Counted from the stretch's first letter, positions 18,537-29,110 are shown. The stretch is 55,499 nucleotides of DNA from an uncultured bacterium (GCA_913009415.1 CAJVYM010000002.1:1-55499); one strand, 5' to 3'. Program-made: numbers and translations. The notes: generated by a model from the letters alone, not told the origin.

Positions 18537-18564
18537 TTGTGCATCACGCCGTCTCGCTTATAAT
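18537..18564 (+). promoter_or_regulatory. candidate promoter of the pyr operon
   Basis: TTGTGC (18537-42), 16-nt spacer, consensus TATAAT (18559-64), 25 nt upstream of pyrB GTG 18590. Confidence 0.45.
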
Positions 18565-18589
18565 CCGAACAAAACTTAAGGGGGTTGGT

Positions 18590-19528
18590 GTGGCTACAAA
18601 CCACTTCCTCGCTTCTCTCGACTTCTCACCTGAGAATTATGATGTTCTCTTCTCACTCGCTTCTCGAATTATCGATTCTCCATCCGACTACGGCGATCGT
18701 TGTCGCGGCAAGCTGATGGCGACTCTGTTTTACGAGCCGAGCACACGCACCCGGCTGTCGTTTGAGGCAGCGATGCTTCGGCTGGGCGGTGGTGTGATCA
18801 GCGTGGCGAGCGCGAAGAGCAGTTCGGTATCCAAGGGCGAAAGCCTCGGTGACACAATACGTACCGTCGGGGGATACGCTGACCTAATCGTCATGCGTCA
18901 TCCCAAGGAAGGGGCGGCGATCCTGGCGGCGGAGTACTCGCCAGTTCCGCTGATCAACGGCGGGGACGGGGCGCGCGAGCACCCCACGCAGACCCTGACC
19001 GACCTGTTCACCATCCATCGGTTCAAGGAGCACTTCGACGGCCTGACGGTCGCGTTCTGCGGCGATCTGCGCTACGGTCGGACAGTGCACTCTCTCGTCA
19101 AGGCACTTGCCCGCTACTCCGGGGCCAAATTTATCCTGATCTCCCCGCCGGAGCTGCGCCTTCCGGAGCGGATCGTGCGTGAGGTAAAGGAGATAAACCC
19201 TGCGGCGACGCTGGAGGAGACAGCTAGGATGGAGGACGGTCTAGAGATCGCCGACGTTCTGTACATGACCCGCATCCAGAAGGAGCGCTTCTTCAACGAG
19301 GAGGATTACATCAGGCTGCGCGACACGTACATCCTCACGGAAGACAAGCTGCGGGCGGCCTCCTCGGAGATGATCGTCATGCATCCGCTCCCACGGGTGA
19401 CCGAGATCGACTACGCAATCGACGCCGACCCGCGTGCCGTCTACTTCGATCAGGCGCGGTTCGGGATGTTCGCGCGCATGGCGCTGATCGTCCATCTGCT
19501 TTCGGACAAGGAGGACGGAGATGCTTAG
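18590..19528 (+). CDS. pyrB: aspartate carbamoyltransferase catalytic subunit
   Basis: Start set to GTG 18590 behind AAGGGGG; the longer ORF-track start at 18419 overlaps guaA. Motifs: FYEPSTRTRLSFE, HPTQ, HPLPRV. Confidence 0.95.
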   Translation: MATNHFLASLDFSPENYDVLFSLASRIIDSPSDYGDRCRGKLMATLFYEPSTRTRLSFEAAMLRLGGGVISVASAKSSSVSKGESLGDTIRTVGGYADLIVMRHPKEGAAILAAEYSPVPLINGGDGAREHPTQTLTDLFTIHRFKEHFDGLTVAFCGDLRYGRTVHSLVKALARYSGAKFILISPPELRLPERIVREVKEINPAATLEETARMEDGLEIADVLYMTRIQKERFFNEEDYIRLRDTYILTEDKLRAASSEMIVMHPLPRVTEIDYAIDADPRAVYFDQARFGMFARMALIVHLLSDKEDGDA

Positions 19529-19943
19529 GGTTGACCGCATTACCGACGGGATCGTGATCGATCACATTCAAACCGGTCGTGGTCTGAAGGTGTTCGAGCG
19601 GTTGGGGCTGCGCAAGGCTGGTTATCCGGTGGCGCTGCTGATGAACGTGGCGAGCAGTAAGATGGGGCGCAAGGACATCATCAAGATATCCGATACGCTG
19701 GACATCGACCTCACCATGCTCGGGCTCCTTGCCCCCGATGCCACCGTCGACTACATAGAAGACGGCGCGGTGACGCGCAAGGTCACCCCCGGGCTTCCGG
19801 AGCGAGTGGTCGGACTGATCGAGTGCAAGAACCCGCGCTGCATTGTTGCGGTTGAGCGCCAGGTAACCTCCGTGTTCACCCTCGTCGATCGAGAAGCGAA
19901 GGAGTACGAGTGCGCCTACTGCGGCGAACGGGTCAGGGTGTGA
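19521..19943 (+). CDS. pyrI: aspartate carbamoyltransferase regulatory subunit
   Basis: 140 aa. N-terminus ITDGIVIDHI, C-terminal Zn motif CKNPRCI...YECAYCG. Confidence 0.9.
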   Translation: MLRVDRITDGIVIDHIQTGRGLKVFERLGLRKAGYPVALLMNVASSKMGRKDIIKISDTLDIDLTMLGLLAPDATVDYIEDGAVTRKVTPGLPERVVGLIECKNPRCIVAVERQVTSVFTLVDREAKEYECAYCGERVRV

Positions 19944-21166
19944 GCAAAGGTCTGCTGATCACCAACGTCCGGCTGGTCGATGGGCACAGCGATTTTCGCG
20001 GCGATCTGTACATCGAGGACGGCCTGATCAGCGCCGTCGGTAGGGGCCTGCGCATCCCGGATGCGGACGTGCTGCCGGGTGGGGGGAGGACCCTCCTCCC
20101 GGCGTTTGTCGACCTGCACGCCCACTTCCGCGACCCCGGCTACCCGGAGAAGGAGGACATCGAAAGCGGAAGCGCAGCCGCGGTGCACGGCGGCTACACT
20201 GCGGTCGCGGTGATGGCAAACACCAATCCGGTCTGTGACCGCCCGGAGATTGCCACCTACATGCAAGAGAAGGCGGCCCGGGCCGGGCTGATCGAACTGT
20301 ACCCGCTCGGGACAATTACCCGCGGGATCGCTGGGGAGGAACTATCCAACATGGACGGGCTCGCCCCACACATATGGGCGTTCTCCGACGACGGGCGCGG
20401 GGTGGAGCGACCCAATGTGGCCCTGCTCGCCTTCCGCCGCGCCGCCGCGCTCGGTCGCCCGATTGCCGAACACTCCGAGTACCGCGGGATCGACGATCCG
20501 GCCCTGGCCGAGGAGGTAATGGTGAATCGCGACCTGCTCCTCGCCCGCCGTACCGGCTGTGCGCTTCACGTCGAGCACGTGAGCTCCGTTGGCTCTGTTG
20601 AGCTGATATCCGCGGCAAAGCGGGACGGAGTACCGGTCACCTGCGAGGTGACGCCGCACCACCTGTGCTTGGAGCCGGGCTACATCGTGAACCCGCCGCT
20701 CGTCCCGCGGGAGGTCCGGGAGCGGCTGCTCGCCGCCCTCGCCTCCGGAGTGATCGACGCCGTCGCCACCGACCACGCCCCGCACACTGCGGCGGACAAG
20801 GAGAAGGGAGCCCCGGGGATCTCCGGAATTGAGACCGCGTTTCCCCTCCTACACTCACGGCTGGTGCGCACGGGCCAGCTTGATCTTCAGTCCCTCGTGC
20901 GTGCCATGGCAGCCCGGCCGGCGCGGATCCTCGGGCTGAACAAGGGATCGCTCGAGCCCGGCCGCGACGGGGACGTGGTGCTGATCGAGGAGGACGAGGA
21001 GTTTACCGTGACCGAGGATTGGCTTCTGTCGCGTGGGAAGAACACCCCGCTCATTGGACAGAGGCTGCGCGGGAGGGTGTGGGCGACCGTGCGGCGCGGA
21101 CAGGTCGTTCATCTGGACGGAAAGACTTTTGGGAGGGATTTTGATGATCATCGATCGATTGTTTGA
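19940..21166 (+). CDS. pyrC: dihydroorotase
   Basis: GTG 19940 overlaps the pyrI stop (GTGA). Motifs: FVDLHAHFRDPG and TDHAPH. Confidence 0.9.
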   Translation: MSKGLLITNVRLVDGHSDFRGDLYIEDGLISAVGRGLRIPDADVLPGGGRTLLPAFVDLHAHFRDPGYPEKEDIESGSAAAVHGGYTAVAVMANTNPVCDRPEIATYMQEKAARAGLIELYPLGTITRGIAGEELSNMDGLAPHIWAFSDDGRGVERPNVALLAFRRAAALGRPIAEHSEYRGIDDPALAEEVMVNRDLLLARRTGCALHVEHVSSVGSVELISAAKRDGVPVTCEVTPHHLCLEPGYIVNPPLVPREVRERLLAALASGVIDAVATDHAPHTAADKEKGAPGISGIETAFPLLHSRLVRTGQLDLQSLVRAMAARPARILGLNKGSLEPGRDGDVVLIEEDEEFTVTEDWLLSRGKNTPLIGQRLRGRVWATVRRGQVVHLDGKTFGRDFDDHRSIV

Positions 21167-21998
21167 CGCCGTTTTGGAGCAGGGACCGGTCTGCGTGGGG
21201 CTCGATACGTCCGTGCAGCTCCTGCCTGCGTCGTTATTGAGCAAGCTGCCGCCGGTGCGGGCGGTCCTCGAGTTCAATCGGGAGGTGATCGACGCCACGA
21301 TCGATGCCTGCGCCTGCTTCAAGGTGCAGATCGCCCACTACGAGGCGCTGGGGGTGGACGGCCTTGCCGCCTATCGTGATACGGTCGCCTACGCGCACGA
21401 AAAAGGGGCGATTGTGGTCGGGGACGTAAAGCGTGGGGACATCGCCTCTACCGGCGAGATGTACGCTTGCGCCCACCTCGCGGGGGAGTTCGCGGTGGAC
21501 ATGATCACCGTCAACCCGTACATGGGCTACGACGCGATCCGCCCGTACCTGCCGTATCTCGATGAGAAGGGGATCTTCGTCCTGATCAGGACCTCCAACC
21601 CCTCAGCGCATGACTTTCAGGAGCTTACATGCGATGGACAGCCGCTCTTCTTGAAAGTGGCGCGCGCGGTCGCGGAATGGGGCAAGGATCACATCGGGCG
21701 CTGCGGCTACAGCGCGATCGGGGGAGTGGTTGGGGCGACCGGGCCGGAACAATTAGCCACGGTGCGCGCGGAGTTCCCATCGGTCTTCTTCCTTGTCCCC
21801 GGCTACGGGGCGCAGGGCGGAGGAGGGAAAGACGTCGCCCCGGCGTTCCGGGACGGGAACGGTGCGGTGGTGAACGCATCGCGCTCGATCATCGGCACCC
21901 ACCGCGGAAAGCCCGACGGGAACCGGCGTTATGCCCACTACGCCCGCGCCGCGGCGATCGACATGCGAAAGGACATCGACCGGTGGCTGGGAAAATAG
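21144..21998 (+). CDS. pyrF: orotidine 5'-phosphate decarboxylase (long, type 2)
   Basis: ATG 21144 behind GGGAGGG: MIIDRLFDAVLEQGPVCVGLD...VGDVKRGDI...LIRTSN. The upstream part of the ORF-track entry overlaps pyrC. Confidence 0.9.
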   Translation: MIIDRLFDAVLEQGPVCVGLDTSVQLLPASLLSKLPPVRAVLEFNREVIDATIDACACFKVQIAHYEALGVDGLAAYRDTVAYAHEKGAIVVGDVKRGDIASTGEMYACAHLAGEFAVDMITVNPYMGYDAIRPYLPYLDEKGIFVLIRTSNPSAHDFQELTCDGQPLFLKVARAVAEWGKDHIGRCGYSAIGGVVGATGPEQLATVRAEFPSVFFLVPGYGAQGGGGKDVAPAFRDGNGAVVNASRSIIGTHRGKPDGNRRYAHYARAAAIDMRKDIDRWLGK

Positions 21999-22015
21999 AG
22001 GTCGCAGCGGCTCAG

Positions 22016-22717
22016 GTGGCATCGAACGTGCGAGTGGCGGAGGGGATATTTCTTCTCAAGCTGCGGGGAGATTATTCCGCCGCACCTGGCCAGTTCTACA
22101 TGCTGCGCGCCTGGGACCGCAATCCGCTATTGTCCCGTCCGCTCAGCGTGTTCAACCTCGACGGTGATGGAATCTCGTTCCTGTACGCTGTCCGCGGTCG
22201 TGGGACAGGGCTCCTCAGCAGGCTCTCGCCGGGGAATGAGATCGGGATCACTGGGCCGCTCGGGAACGGCTGGCCTAGACGTGATGGGCGGATCGCCCTC
22301 GTCGGCGGTGGGCTCGGGATCGCGCCCCTGTTCTACGCGGCCGGGGTCTTCAGTGGGAGCGACGCCTACCTTGGATACCCGGACGAGCCGTACCTGGTGG
22401 ATGAGTTCGCCCGTGTCGCGGCGCGGGTCATGGTCTCATCTGATACAGGAGCCGGCGGGACAAAAGGATTCATTACCGACATCTTCGACCCTGATGGTTA
22501 CGATGCGTGCTACGCGTGCAGCCCGCGCCCGATGCTCGCCGCGCTCGACCGGATCTGCAGCCGCGCCGGGGTGCCGCTCTTCGTATCACTCGAGGAACGG
22601 ATGGCGTGTGGGGTGGGAGCATGCCTCGGCTGCGCGGTGCGGACAGTGCACGGGTACGCGCGCGTCTGCCGGGATGGCCCGATCTTTCCCTCCTCGGAGG
22701 TGATGTGGAATGGGTGA
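22016..22717 (+). CDS. pyrK: dihydroorotate dehydrogenase electron-transfer subunit
   Basis: Ferredoxin-reductase-like body (PGQFYMLRAW...RPLSV...GPLGNGW) and a C-terminal 2Fe-2S motif CGVGACLGCAV. The start is uncertain; GTG 22016 was chosen as the first start after the pyrF stop. Confidence 0.8.
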   Translation: MASNVRVAEGIFLLKLRGDYSAAPGQFYMLRAWDRNPLLSRPLSVFNLDGDGISFLYAVRGRGTGLLSRLSPGNEIGITGPLGNGWPRRDGRIALVGGGLGIAPLFYAAGVFSGSDAYLGYPDEPYLVDEFARVAARVMVSSDTGAGGTKGFITDIFDPDGYDACYACSPRPMLAALDRICSRAGVPLFVSLEERMACGVGACLGCAVRTVHGYARVCRDGPIFPSSEVMWNG

Positions 22718-23609
22718 CATGAGAGTGGTCGTCGGTGGGCTGCGGCTACGCAACCCGGTGATTGCTGCCTCGGGGACGTTCGGGTTCGGGGCGGAGTACG
22801 CCGAGATCTACGACCCAGCCCGGCTGGGGGCGGTCTGCACCAAGGGGCTCACCCTGATGCCACGCCAGGGGAACCCGCCGCCGCGGCTGTGGGAGACCGC
22901 AGGCGGCCTGCTCAACTCGATCGGCTTGCAGAACCCGGGGATCGAGGCGTTCATTCGGGAGGAGCTTCCCCGCATGAAGGCCCAGGGGATTACGGTGATC
23001 ACCAACGTGTGGGGGAATGACCCGGGGGAGTACGAGCGGTCGGTCGCCCGCCTGTGTGATTCATCGGTCGATGCGATCGAAATCAACGTCTCCTGCCCGA
23101 ACGTATCGCGCGGCGGGCCGGTCGGGGAGGACGCCATCCGCACGGCAGCTGTGGTCCGGCGATCGCGCAAGGTGTGTACGCTGCCGCTGTGGGTGAAGCT
23201 CCCGCCGGCGGGCGGGCTTGCGGTCGCCCGCACCGCGCAGGAGGAGGGGGCGGACGCGGTGAGCGCGGTGAACACGTTCCGCGGGATGGCGATCGACATC
23301 AAGACGGGAAAACCAGTGTTTGTCAACGTGGTCGCCGGGCTCTCCGGCCCAGCGATAAAGCCGATCGCGCTTCGGATCGTGTACGAGCTTGCCGCCGCGC
23401 TGACGATTCCGGTAGTCGGGATCGGCGGGATCGGCGACTGGCGCGATGCGCTCGAATTCATCATGGCCGGGGCGCACGCGGTGCAGGTGGGTACGGCGAA
23501 CTTCGTCGATCCACTCGCCGCGGTGAAGATCGTCGCCGGATTGGAGAAATACATGGAAGAAAACAAAATAACAGATTGGGAGGGGATCCGCGGCAATGCT
23601 CAGCAATGA
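22710..23609 (+). CDS. pyrD: dihydroorotate dehydrogenase catalytic subunit (class 1B)
   Basis: 299 aa with NPVIAASGTFGFG, TKGLTL, LLNSIGLQNPG, EINVSCPN and GIGGI. Confidence 0.95.
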   Translation: MGDMRVVVGGLRLRNPVIAASGTFGFGAEYAEIYDPARLGAVCTKGLTLMPRQGNPPPRLWETAGGLLNSIGLQNPGIEAFIREELPRMKAQGITVITNVWGNDPGEYERSVARLCDSSVDAIEINVSCPNVSRGGPVGEDAIRTAAVVRRSRKVCTLPLWVKLPPAGGLAVARTAQEEGADAVSAVNTFRGMAIDIKTGKPVFVNVVAGLSGPAIKPIALRIVYELAAALTIPVVGIGGIGDWRDALEFIMAGAHAVQVGTANFVDPLAAVKIVAGLEKYMEENKITDWEGIRGNAQQ

Positions 23610-24177
23610 GGAAGTGGAAGAACTATTGATATCGGTGGGGGCGGTGCTCGACGGGCACTTTCTCCTCTCATCCGGCAACCACGCACCACGCTACGTGCAG
23701 TGTGCCAAGCTCCTGCAACACCCAGCGCTGACGGAAAAGGTGGCCGCGTCGCTGGCGGAACGCGCGGAGAAGTTCGGGAGAATCGACGCTGTCATCGGCC
23801 CAGCTCTCGGAGGGATCGTCGTCGCCTACGAGCTTGCACGTGCATTGGGAAAAGTGCGGGGGATGTTCTCCGAGCGGGATGCGGAAGGGAGGATGGCGCT
23901 TCGCCGCGGCTTTGAGATCTCACGTGGCGAGCGGATCCTCATCGTCGAGGACGTGGTCACCACCGGTGGATCGTCGCTAGAAGTAGCGCGCCTGGTGGAG
24001 GATAGCAGCAGCCTTCCGGTGGGGATCGCCTGCATCGTCGACCGCCGTCCGGAGGGGACGAAGCTTCCTCTCTCGGTGATCGGAGCAGTGCGCATGCAGA
24101 TCCCGGTCTACTCGCCGGACGATTGCCCTCTCTGTCGCAGTGGGCTCCCATTCGTTAAGCCGGGGAGCAAAAGCTAA
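23596..24177 (+). CDS. pyrE: orotate phosphoribosyltransferase
   Basis: 193 aa. HFLLSSGNHAPRYVQCAKLL, and the PRPP loop ILIVEDVVTTGGS. Confidence 0.9.
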   Translation: MLSNEEVEELLISVGAVLDGHFLLSSGNHAPRYVQCAKLLQHPALTEKVAASLAERAEKFGRIDAVIGPALGGIVVAYELARALGKVRGMFSERDAEGRMALRRGFEISRGERILIVEDVVTTGGSSLEVARLVEDSSSLPVGIACIVDRRPEGTKLPLSVIGAVRMQIPVYSPDDCPLCRSGLPFVKPGSKS

Positions 24178-24421
24178 CCATCTTCTGGAGGACAGCTAAC
24201 ATCCCGGTGAGTAACGTTAAAGGGAGGCCGGCGTCGGTCTTACAATCCAGTCCCACGAAGTCAACCCCGTGGATGATTCATGCGTATCTTGCATGCAGCG
24301 AGTCTGGTGGTGTATAAGAGCAGCCAGGCTGAAGTACATTGATGTCGTTAGCGGAGACCAAGGTAACAGTACGGGATGGGATTAGTCGCGACAGTAAACA
24401 GTCAGCGTGAGGAGGGCAGAT

Positions 24422-25129
24422 ATGCGTCCAATTATTGGAATTGTGGTATCTCTAAACAAAGAACGGGAGTTTTATGTGGGCGGAAAAGCATACGTAGACG
24501 CTATTCAATCCGCTGGTGGGGTGCCTCTGCTACTGGCTGCTATCGACGATGAAAGCATGGTCTCAGAGTTCTTCGCTCAACTCGATGGAGTTCTGCTGCC
24601 CGGCGGACCAGATGTCGATCCGGTGCACTTTGGCGAGGAACCGATGTATAACTACACCGCGATAGACCCGGAGAGAGACCATGTCGAGATTTTATTGGCA
24701 AAGCTAGCTTTGCAGAACAACATCCCAATCCTCGGGATATGCCGGGGAATTCAGATGCTCAATGTCGCTGCCGGTGGAGACATCTATCAGGACATCGCCG
24801 CTCAGAGGGAGGGAACCCTCATCCATGGACAGAAGGCTCCCCGGTGGTATCCTACCCACGCCGTAGATGTTCAACCTGGGACAAAACTGTTTAAAATACT
24901 CGGTGAGTCTCGCCTGCGCGTCAACAGTTTTCACCACCAAGCCGTGAGAAATGTTGCCCCCGGTTTTCGAGTGAGCGCTCTTTCAAGCGACGGGGTTATC
25001 GAGGGCATCGAGCACTCGTCATTGCGATACGCTGTGGGGGTGCAATGGCACCCCGAACGAATGTGGCGGAAATACCTGGTGTTCAAGCGGTTATTTGTTG
25101 CCTTAATCGATGAAGCAAGCAATACTTAA
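24422..25129 (+). CDS. gamma-glutamyl-GABA hydrolase-like class I glutamine amidotransferase (peptidase C26)
   Basis: ATG 24422 behind GAGGAGGG. Motifs: GICRGIQMLNVAAGG, SFHHQAV, GVQWHPE. Confidence 0.85.
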   Translation: MRPIIGIVVSLNKEREFYVGGKAYVDAIQSAGGVPLLLAAIDDESMVSEFFAQLDGVLLPGGPDVDPVHFGEEPMYNYTAIDPERDHVEILLAKLALQNNIPILGICRGIQMLNVAAGGDIYQDIAAQREGTLIHGQKAPRWYPTHAVDVQPGTKLFKILGESRLRVNSFHHQAVRNVAPGFRVSALSSDGVIEGIEHSSLRYAVGVQWHPERMWRKYLVFKRLFVALIDEASNT

Positions 25130-25170
25130 CCTTACTTAATCTGCCTTGCATTGCAAGACACGACACTCGC

Positions 25171-25602
25171 TCAAAGACCATGAGAGGTCATCTGGTAGTT
25201 GAACGCGTAGCCGGCGTCAATCGCTAATTTCTCGATTGCTCCCCTTATCTTCGAGGAATCAAAGGTATAGTGGTACTTCGCGCCGAACAACTTCGATTGC
25301 TCTGTTATGGTGCCGTTGCGCGGCCCAGCACCGGTCCTGTAGGTCTCTTTCGTAAATCCGAAGCCCGGGCCTGTGTCAATGTCGCCTCCGGACATGCCAG
25401 ATCCAGATTCCACCAGCATCTCTGTAAAACGCAGCTCTTTGTTGTCATCGTCCACGCGAAACTTAGCGTTGTAGGTGAGTTTCTTCTTCGAGAAGAAAAC
25501 ACGCCTTTCAGCGACGGTGAACTTAACGGAATAGACCCCTCGCTTCTCTTTCAGCGTTGCTGGTAACGCCGCGACAAATTCCTTGATTTCATCGATCAGC
25601 AT
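25171..25602 (-). CDS. hypothetical protein
   Basis: 143-aa ORF, no recognisable motif. Codon usage is coherent and there is no competing ORF. Confidence 0.55.
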   Translation of the reverse strand: MLIDEIKEFVAALPATLKEKRGVYSVKFTVAERRVFFSKKKLTYNAKFRVDDDNKELRFTEMLVESGSGMSGGDIDTGPGFGFTKETYRTGAGPRNGTITEQSKLFGAKYHYTFDSSKIRGAIEKLAIDAGYAFNYQMTSHGL

Positions 25603-25623
25603 GCTTGTATTCTCCTTCTTCCC

Positions 25624-27468
25624 TTACTGCCGCAAGATGATCGCCAGCATCGATAGGTCGGCCCTCGCTACTCCCGGGATGCGGGATGCCTGGCCGAACG
25701 TGCTCGGGCGCACGCGCGATAGCAGATCGCGCCCCTCGATCGATATGCTCTCCAGCGCCGCGTAGTCCATGTCTTCTGGAATGAGCAGCCGCTCCATGCG
25801 GCGCAGGCGCTCGATCTCCCTCTCCTGCTGCTCCAGGTACCCCGAGTACTTGGCCTCGATCTCCACTTCCGTCAGGACGTCTTCAGGATAGTCATTATCA
25901 GAGATTAGGTCTAACAGGCGCACCGGCGGGCGACGCAGCAGCTCGTACAGGCTGGCCCCGTTGTCGGTGAGAACCGGGGTTCTACGGCGGGCGAGGGCCT
26001 CGTTCAGCGGATGGTTAGATCCGATCCGCTCGTTCTTCAAGTGCAGCAGGAGCTTTTCTATCTCACTCTTGCGCACCATCGCTTGCTCGTAACAGCGATC
26101 GTCGAGCAGTCCGATCTCATGTCCAATACCTGAGAGGCGCAGGTCGGCGTTCCCCTCGCGCAGGGTGATGCGGTACTCGGCGCGGGAGGGAAGCATGCGG
26201 TAGGGCTCGGTCACGCCCTTGGTGACGAGGTCGTCGATCATCACGCCGATGAACGCTTCCGTGCGCGATATGACGAACGGCGGACCGCCCACGACGCTGC
26301 GGGCGGCGTTCACCCCAGCGACGAGTCCCTGCCCGGCCGCCTCCTCGTATCCGGTCGTCCCGTTCACCTGTCCGGCCAGGTACAGGCCCCTGATCCCGTC
26401 CAATTCTAGGGTCGGTGAGAGCTGGGTGGGGTCGATGTAGTCGTACTGGATGTCGTAGCCGTAGCGCTCGATCTGCGCGTGCTCCAATCCCACGATGCTG
26501 TGCACGATGCGGTCCTGGATGTCGGGAGGAAACGCGGTGTAGATCCCCTGCAGGTAGACCTCGGCTGAGTCCCTTCCCTCCGGTTCCAGGAAGACCTTGT
26601 GGCTCGCGCGCTGCGGAAACTTGACGATCTTTGCCTCAAGCGACGGGCAGTGGCGCGGCCCTTCGCTCGTGATCAGCCCGTTGAAGTTGGGGGTGAGGGA
26701 GAGGTTGTTACGGATGACGGCGTGGGTCTCTTCGTTGGTGCACGAGACGTAGACTGGGAAGTCGTCCGCTAGCACCCGTTGCTCGCGCCAGAAGGAGAAA
26801 CCGAGCGGGACATCGCTCGTGTGCTGACGCTCAAGCACGCTCGTGTCGATCGAGCGTTTGTTCACCCGCGGTGTTGTCCCGGTTTTCAAGCGGCTCATGC
26901 GTAGCCCAAGCTTGCGCAACGAATTTGCCAGGCCGATCGACGGCGGCTCGCCGGTGCGCCCGGCGGGATAGACGAGGTTCCCGATCAGCACCTCTCCGTT
27001 TAGGAATGTGCCCGCAGCTATGATCACCGCCCTCGCTACGATCTCCAGCCCCTCGCGCAAGCGGACGGCGCTCACGCAGTGATCGGATATCCTGAGCTCT
27101 TCGACCATCCCCTCGATCAGGTCAAGTCCATCCGTGTGTTCGAGGGTCTTCTTCCAGTGCAGCTTGTACGCATCGCGGTCGGCTTGAGCACGGCGGACCT
27201 GCATCGCCCTGCCTTTGCTCGTGTTCAGAAGGCGGATGTTGAGCATGCTCTGATCGGTGATGCGACCCATCATCCCGCCGAGGGCATCGATCTCACGTAC
27301 GATCTGCGACTTCCCCGGCCCGCCGATCGCCGGGTTACACGGCATCTTGCCGATCTCGGAGAGATTGACCGTGACGAGTGCCGTCTTAACGCCGAGACGG
27401 GCCGAGGCGTACGCCGCCTCACAGCCGGCGTGGCCGGCACCGATCACCACTACACCGTAATGCTTCAT
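25624..27468 (-). CDS. mnmG: tRNA uridine-5-carboxymethylaminomethyl(34) synthesis enzyme MnmG (GidA)
   Basis: 614 aa with VVVIGAGHAGCEAA, MPCNPAIGGPGK and GLYLAGQVNGTTGYEEAAGQGL. Confidence 0.95.
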   Translation of the reverse strand: MKHYGVVVIGAGHAGCEAAYASARLGVKTALVTVNLSEIGKMPCNPAIGGPGKSQIVREIDALGGMMGRITDQSMLNIRLLNTSKGRAMQVRRAQADRDAYKLHWKKTLEHTDGLDLIEGMVEELRISDHCVSAVRLREGLEIVARAVIIAAGTFLNGEVLIGNLVYPAGRTGEPPSIGLANSLRKLGLRMSRLKTGTTPRVNKRSIDTSVLERQHTSDVPLGFSFWREQRVLADDFPVYVSCTNEETHAVIRNNLSLTPNFNGLITSEGPRHCPSLEAKIVKFPQRASHKVFLEPEGRDSAEVYLQGIYTAFPPDIQDRIVHSIVGLEHAQIERYGYDIQYDYIDPTQLSPTLELDGIRGLYLAGQVNGTTGYEEAAGQGLVAGVNAARSVVGGPPFVISRTEAFIGVMIDDLVTKGVTEPYRMLPSRAEYRITLREGNADLRLSGIGHEIGLLDDRCYEQAMVRKSEIEKLLLHLKNERIGSNHPLNEALARRRTPVLTDNGASLYELLRRPPVRLLDLISDNDYPEDVLTEVEIEAKYSGYLEQQEREIERLRRMERLLIPEDMDYAALESISIEGRDLLSRVRPSTFGQASRIPGVARADLSMLAIILRQ

Positions 27469-27475
27469 CTATTCG

Positions 27476-28234
27476 CTATTTGTTGTCCTGTTGACCCTTG
27501 CCCTGGAGCAGGTTGAACATGTCGATTGGAATCGGGAAGACGATGGTCGATGCGTTCTCCGACGAGATGTCGACCAAGCTCTGCAGGTAACGCAACTGCA
27601 TCGCACCCGGGTTCTTGGCGATGATGGCCGCCGCCTCAGAGAGTTTGGTCGATGCCTGCAGCTCTCCCTCAGCGTTGATGATCTTCGCGCGACGCTCGCG
27701 CTCGGCCTCGGCCTGGCGGGCGATCGCCCGCTGCATGTCCACTGGGATCTTTACATCCTTGATCTCGACCGTCTTTACCTTGATCCCCCAGGGGTCGGTC
27801 TGCTCGTCGATGATCTCCTGCAGCTTGAGATTGATCTCCTCCCGTTCGGAGAGGATCTGGTCGAGCTCCACTCCACCGAGGACGCTTCTAAGCGTTGTCA
27901 TCGCGATTTGCCGCGTCGCCTCAACATAGTTTTGTACCTGTACCACGGCCGCGCTTGGATCGATCACGCGGAAGAACAGTACGGCGTTGACGCTCGTCGT
28001 CACGTTGTCCTTGGTGATCACTTCCTGTGGCGGCACATCGAGGGTGACTAGTCGTAGTGTGATCTTCACCATCTTGTCGACGATCGGGATGAGCAGGAAT
28101 ATCCCCGGCCCCTTTGCCCCAACAAGACGCCCCAGGCGGAAGATTACCCCCCGCTCATACTCACGTACGACGCGAATCGCGTTCATCAGGAAGATGAGCA
28201 CTATCACCACTATCGCTCCAATTGTGATTGCCAT
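27476..28234 (-). CDS. SPFH/band 7 (stomatin-like, slipin) membrane protein
   Basis: 252 aa with an N-terminal TM helix, [14 protein letters not shown] and the SPFH core, plus a charged helical C-terminus ([11 protein letters not shown]). Confidence 0.9.
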   Translation of the reverse strand: MAITIGAIVVIVLIFLMNAIRVVREYERGVIFRLGRLVGAKGPGIFLLIPIVDKMVKITLRLVTLDVPPQEVITKDNVTTSVNAVLFFRVIDPSAAVVQVQNYVEATRQIAMTTLRSVLGGVELDQILSEREEINLKLQEIIDEQTDPWGIKVKTVEIKDVKIPVDMQRAIARQAEAERERRAKIINAEGELQASTKLSEAAAIIAKNPGAMQLRYLQSLVDISSENASTIVFPIPIDMFNLLQGKGQQDNK

Positions 28235-28348
28235 GCGTACCTCCTCGCAAGATCCTTGACTGTGTGGATCATAGGGTGCATCGTGTCAGAAGTCAATTTA
28301 CTCGCACGATTGGTGGTAAGGGCTATAATTCTACGACGGAGGTAGGAC

Positions 28349-29110
28349 ATGACCATGAGACGCCCATTGATTGCCGGCAATTGGAAGATGCATAAGACCG
28401 CCGAGGAGACGGAGCGATTCATCAAGGAATTACTGCCGAAGCTGGAGAACGTGGAGGATATCGATGTTCTCATCATCCCACCGTACACCAGTTTGGACCG
28501 AGCCGGGAGGTTGCTGCAGGGTAAGTCACTGCAGCTTGGTGCGCAGGATGTGCATTACGAGACAGAAGGCGCGTTCACCGGAGCGATCTCCACGCACATG
28601 CTGAAGGCGTGCGGATGTAGCTACGTTCTCGTCGGCCACTCCGAGCGGCGCGAGCTGTTCGGTGACGATGATACAATCGTCGCGCGTAAGCTGAATGTGG
28701 CCCTCGATTCAGACCTCAAGGCGATTCTGTGTGTGGGCGAGACTCTCTCCGAACACGATCTCGTGGAAGAGAAGATCACCCGCCAGCTCACGCAGGATCT
28801 CACCGGGATCGACGCAATGACACTAACGAAGATAACGATCGCCTACGAACCGATCTGGGCGATCGGAACCGGGAAGACGGCCACCCCTGAGGTGGCGCAG
28901 GAGACGATCAGCATGATCAGGCGCTGGATCGCATCGCACTACGATGAGGCGGCGGCGCAGGGGATGCGAATACTCTACGGTGGGAGCGTGAAACCGGCAA
29001 ACGCCAAATCGCTGTTGGCTCAACCCGACATTGACGGAGCACTCGTTGGCGGAGCAGCCCTGGTCGCCGAGTCGTTTGCCCAAATTGTGGACGCCGCTCG
29101 CCTACAGTGA
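28349..29110 (+). CDS. tpiA: triose-phosphate isomerase
   Basis: 253 aa with IAGNWKMH, VGHSERR, AYEPIWAIGTG and YGGSV. Confidence 0.95.
   Translation: MTMRRPLIAGNWKMHKTAEETERFIKELLPKLENVEDIDVLIIPPYTSLDRAGRLLQGKSLQLGAQDVHYETEGAFTGAISTHMLKACGCSYVLVGHSERRELFGDDDTIVARKLNVALDSDLKAILCVGETLSEHDLVEEKITRQLTQDLTGIDAMTLTKITIAYEPIWAIGTGKTATPEVAQETISMIRRWIASHYDEAAAQGMRILYGGSVKPANAKSLLAQPDIDGALVGGAALVAESFAQIVDAARLQ

Noticed and set aside
18419-18589. Long 5' extensions in the ORF track for pyrB (18419), pyrF (21033), pyrK (21629), hdrC (50311), hdrA2 (51767), apbE (41486) and others
   Set aside because: The extensions overlap the preceding gene in another frame and lack family similarity. Internal starts with a good Shine-Dalgarno sequence or ATGA/GTGA coupling were preferred.
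22808-23596. 262-aa minus-strand ORF (and 23061-23678)
   Set aside because: They are antisense to pyrD, whose identity is certain.
24178-24421. 244-bp untranslated gap between pyrE and the amidotransferase gene, considered as a possible riboswitch or sRNA
   Set aside because: I could find only short 5-bp stems and a 14-codon mini-ORF, with no recognisable riboswitch core. That is not enough evidence to report.
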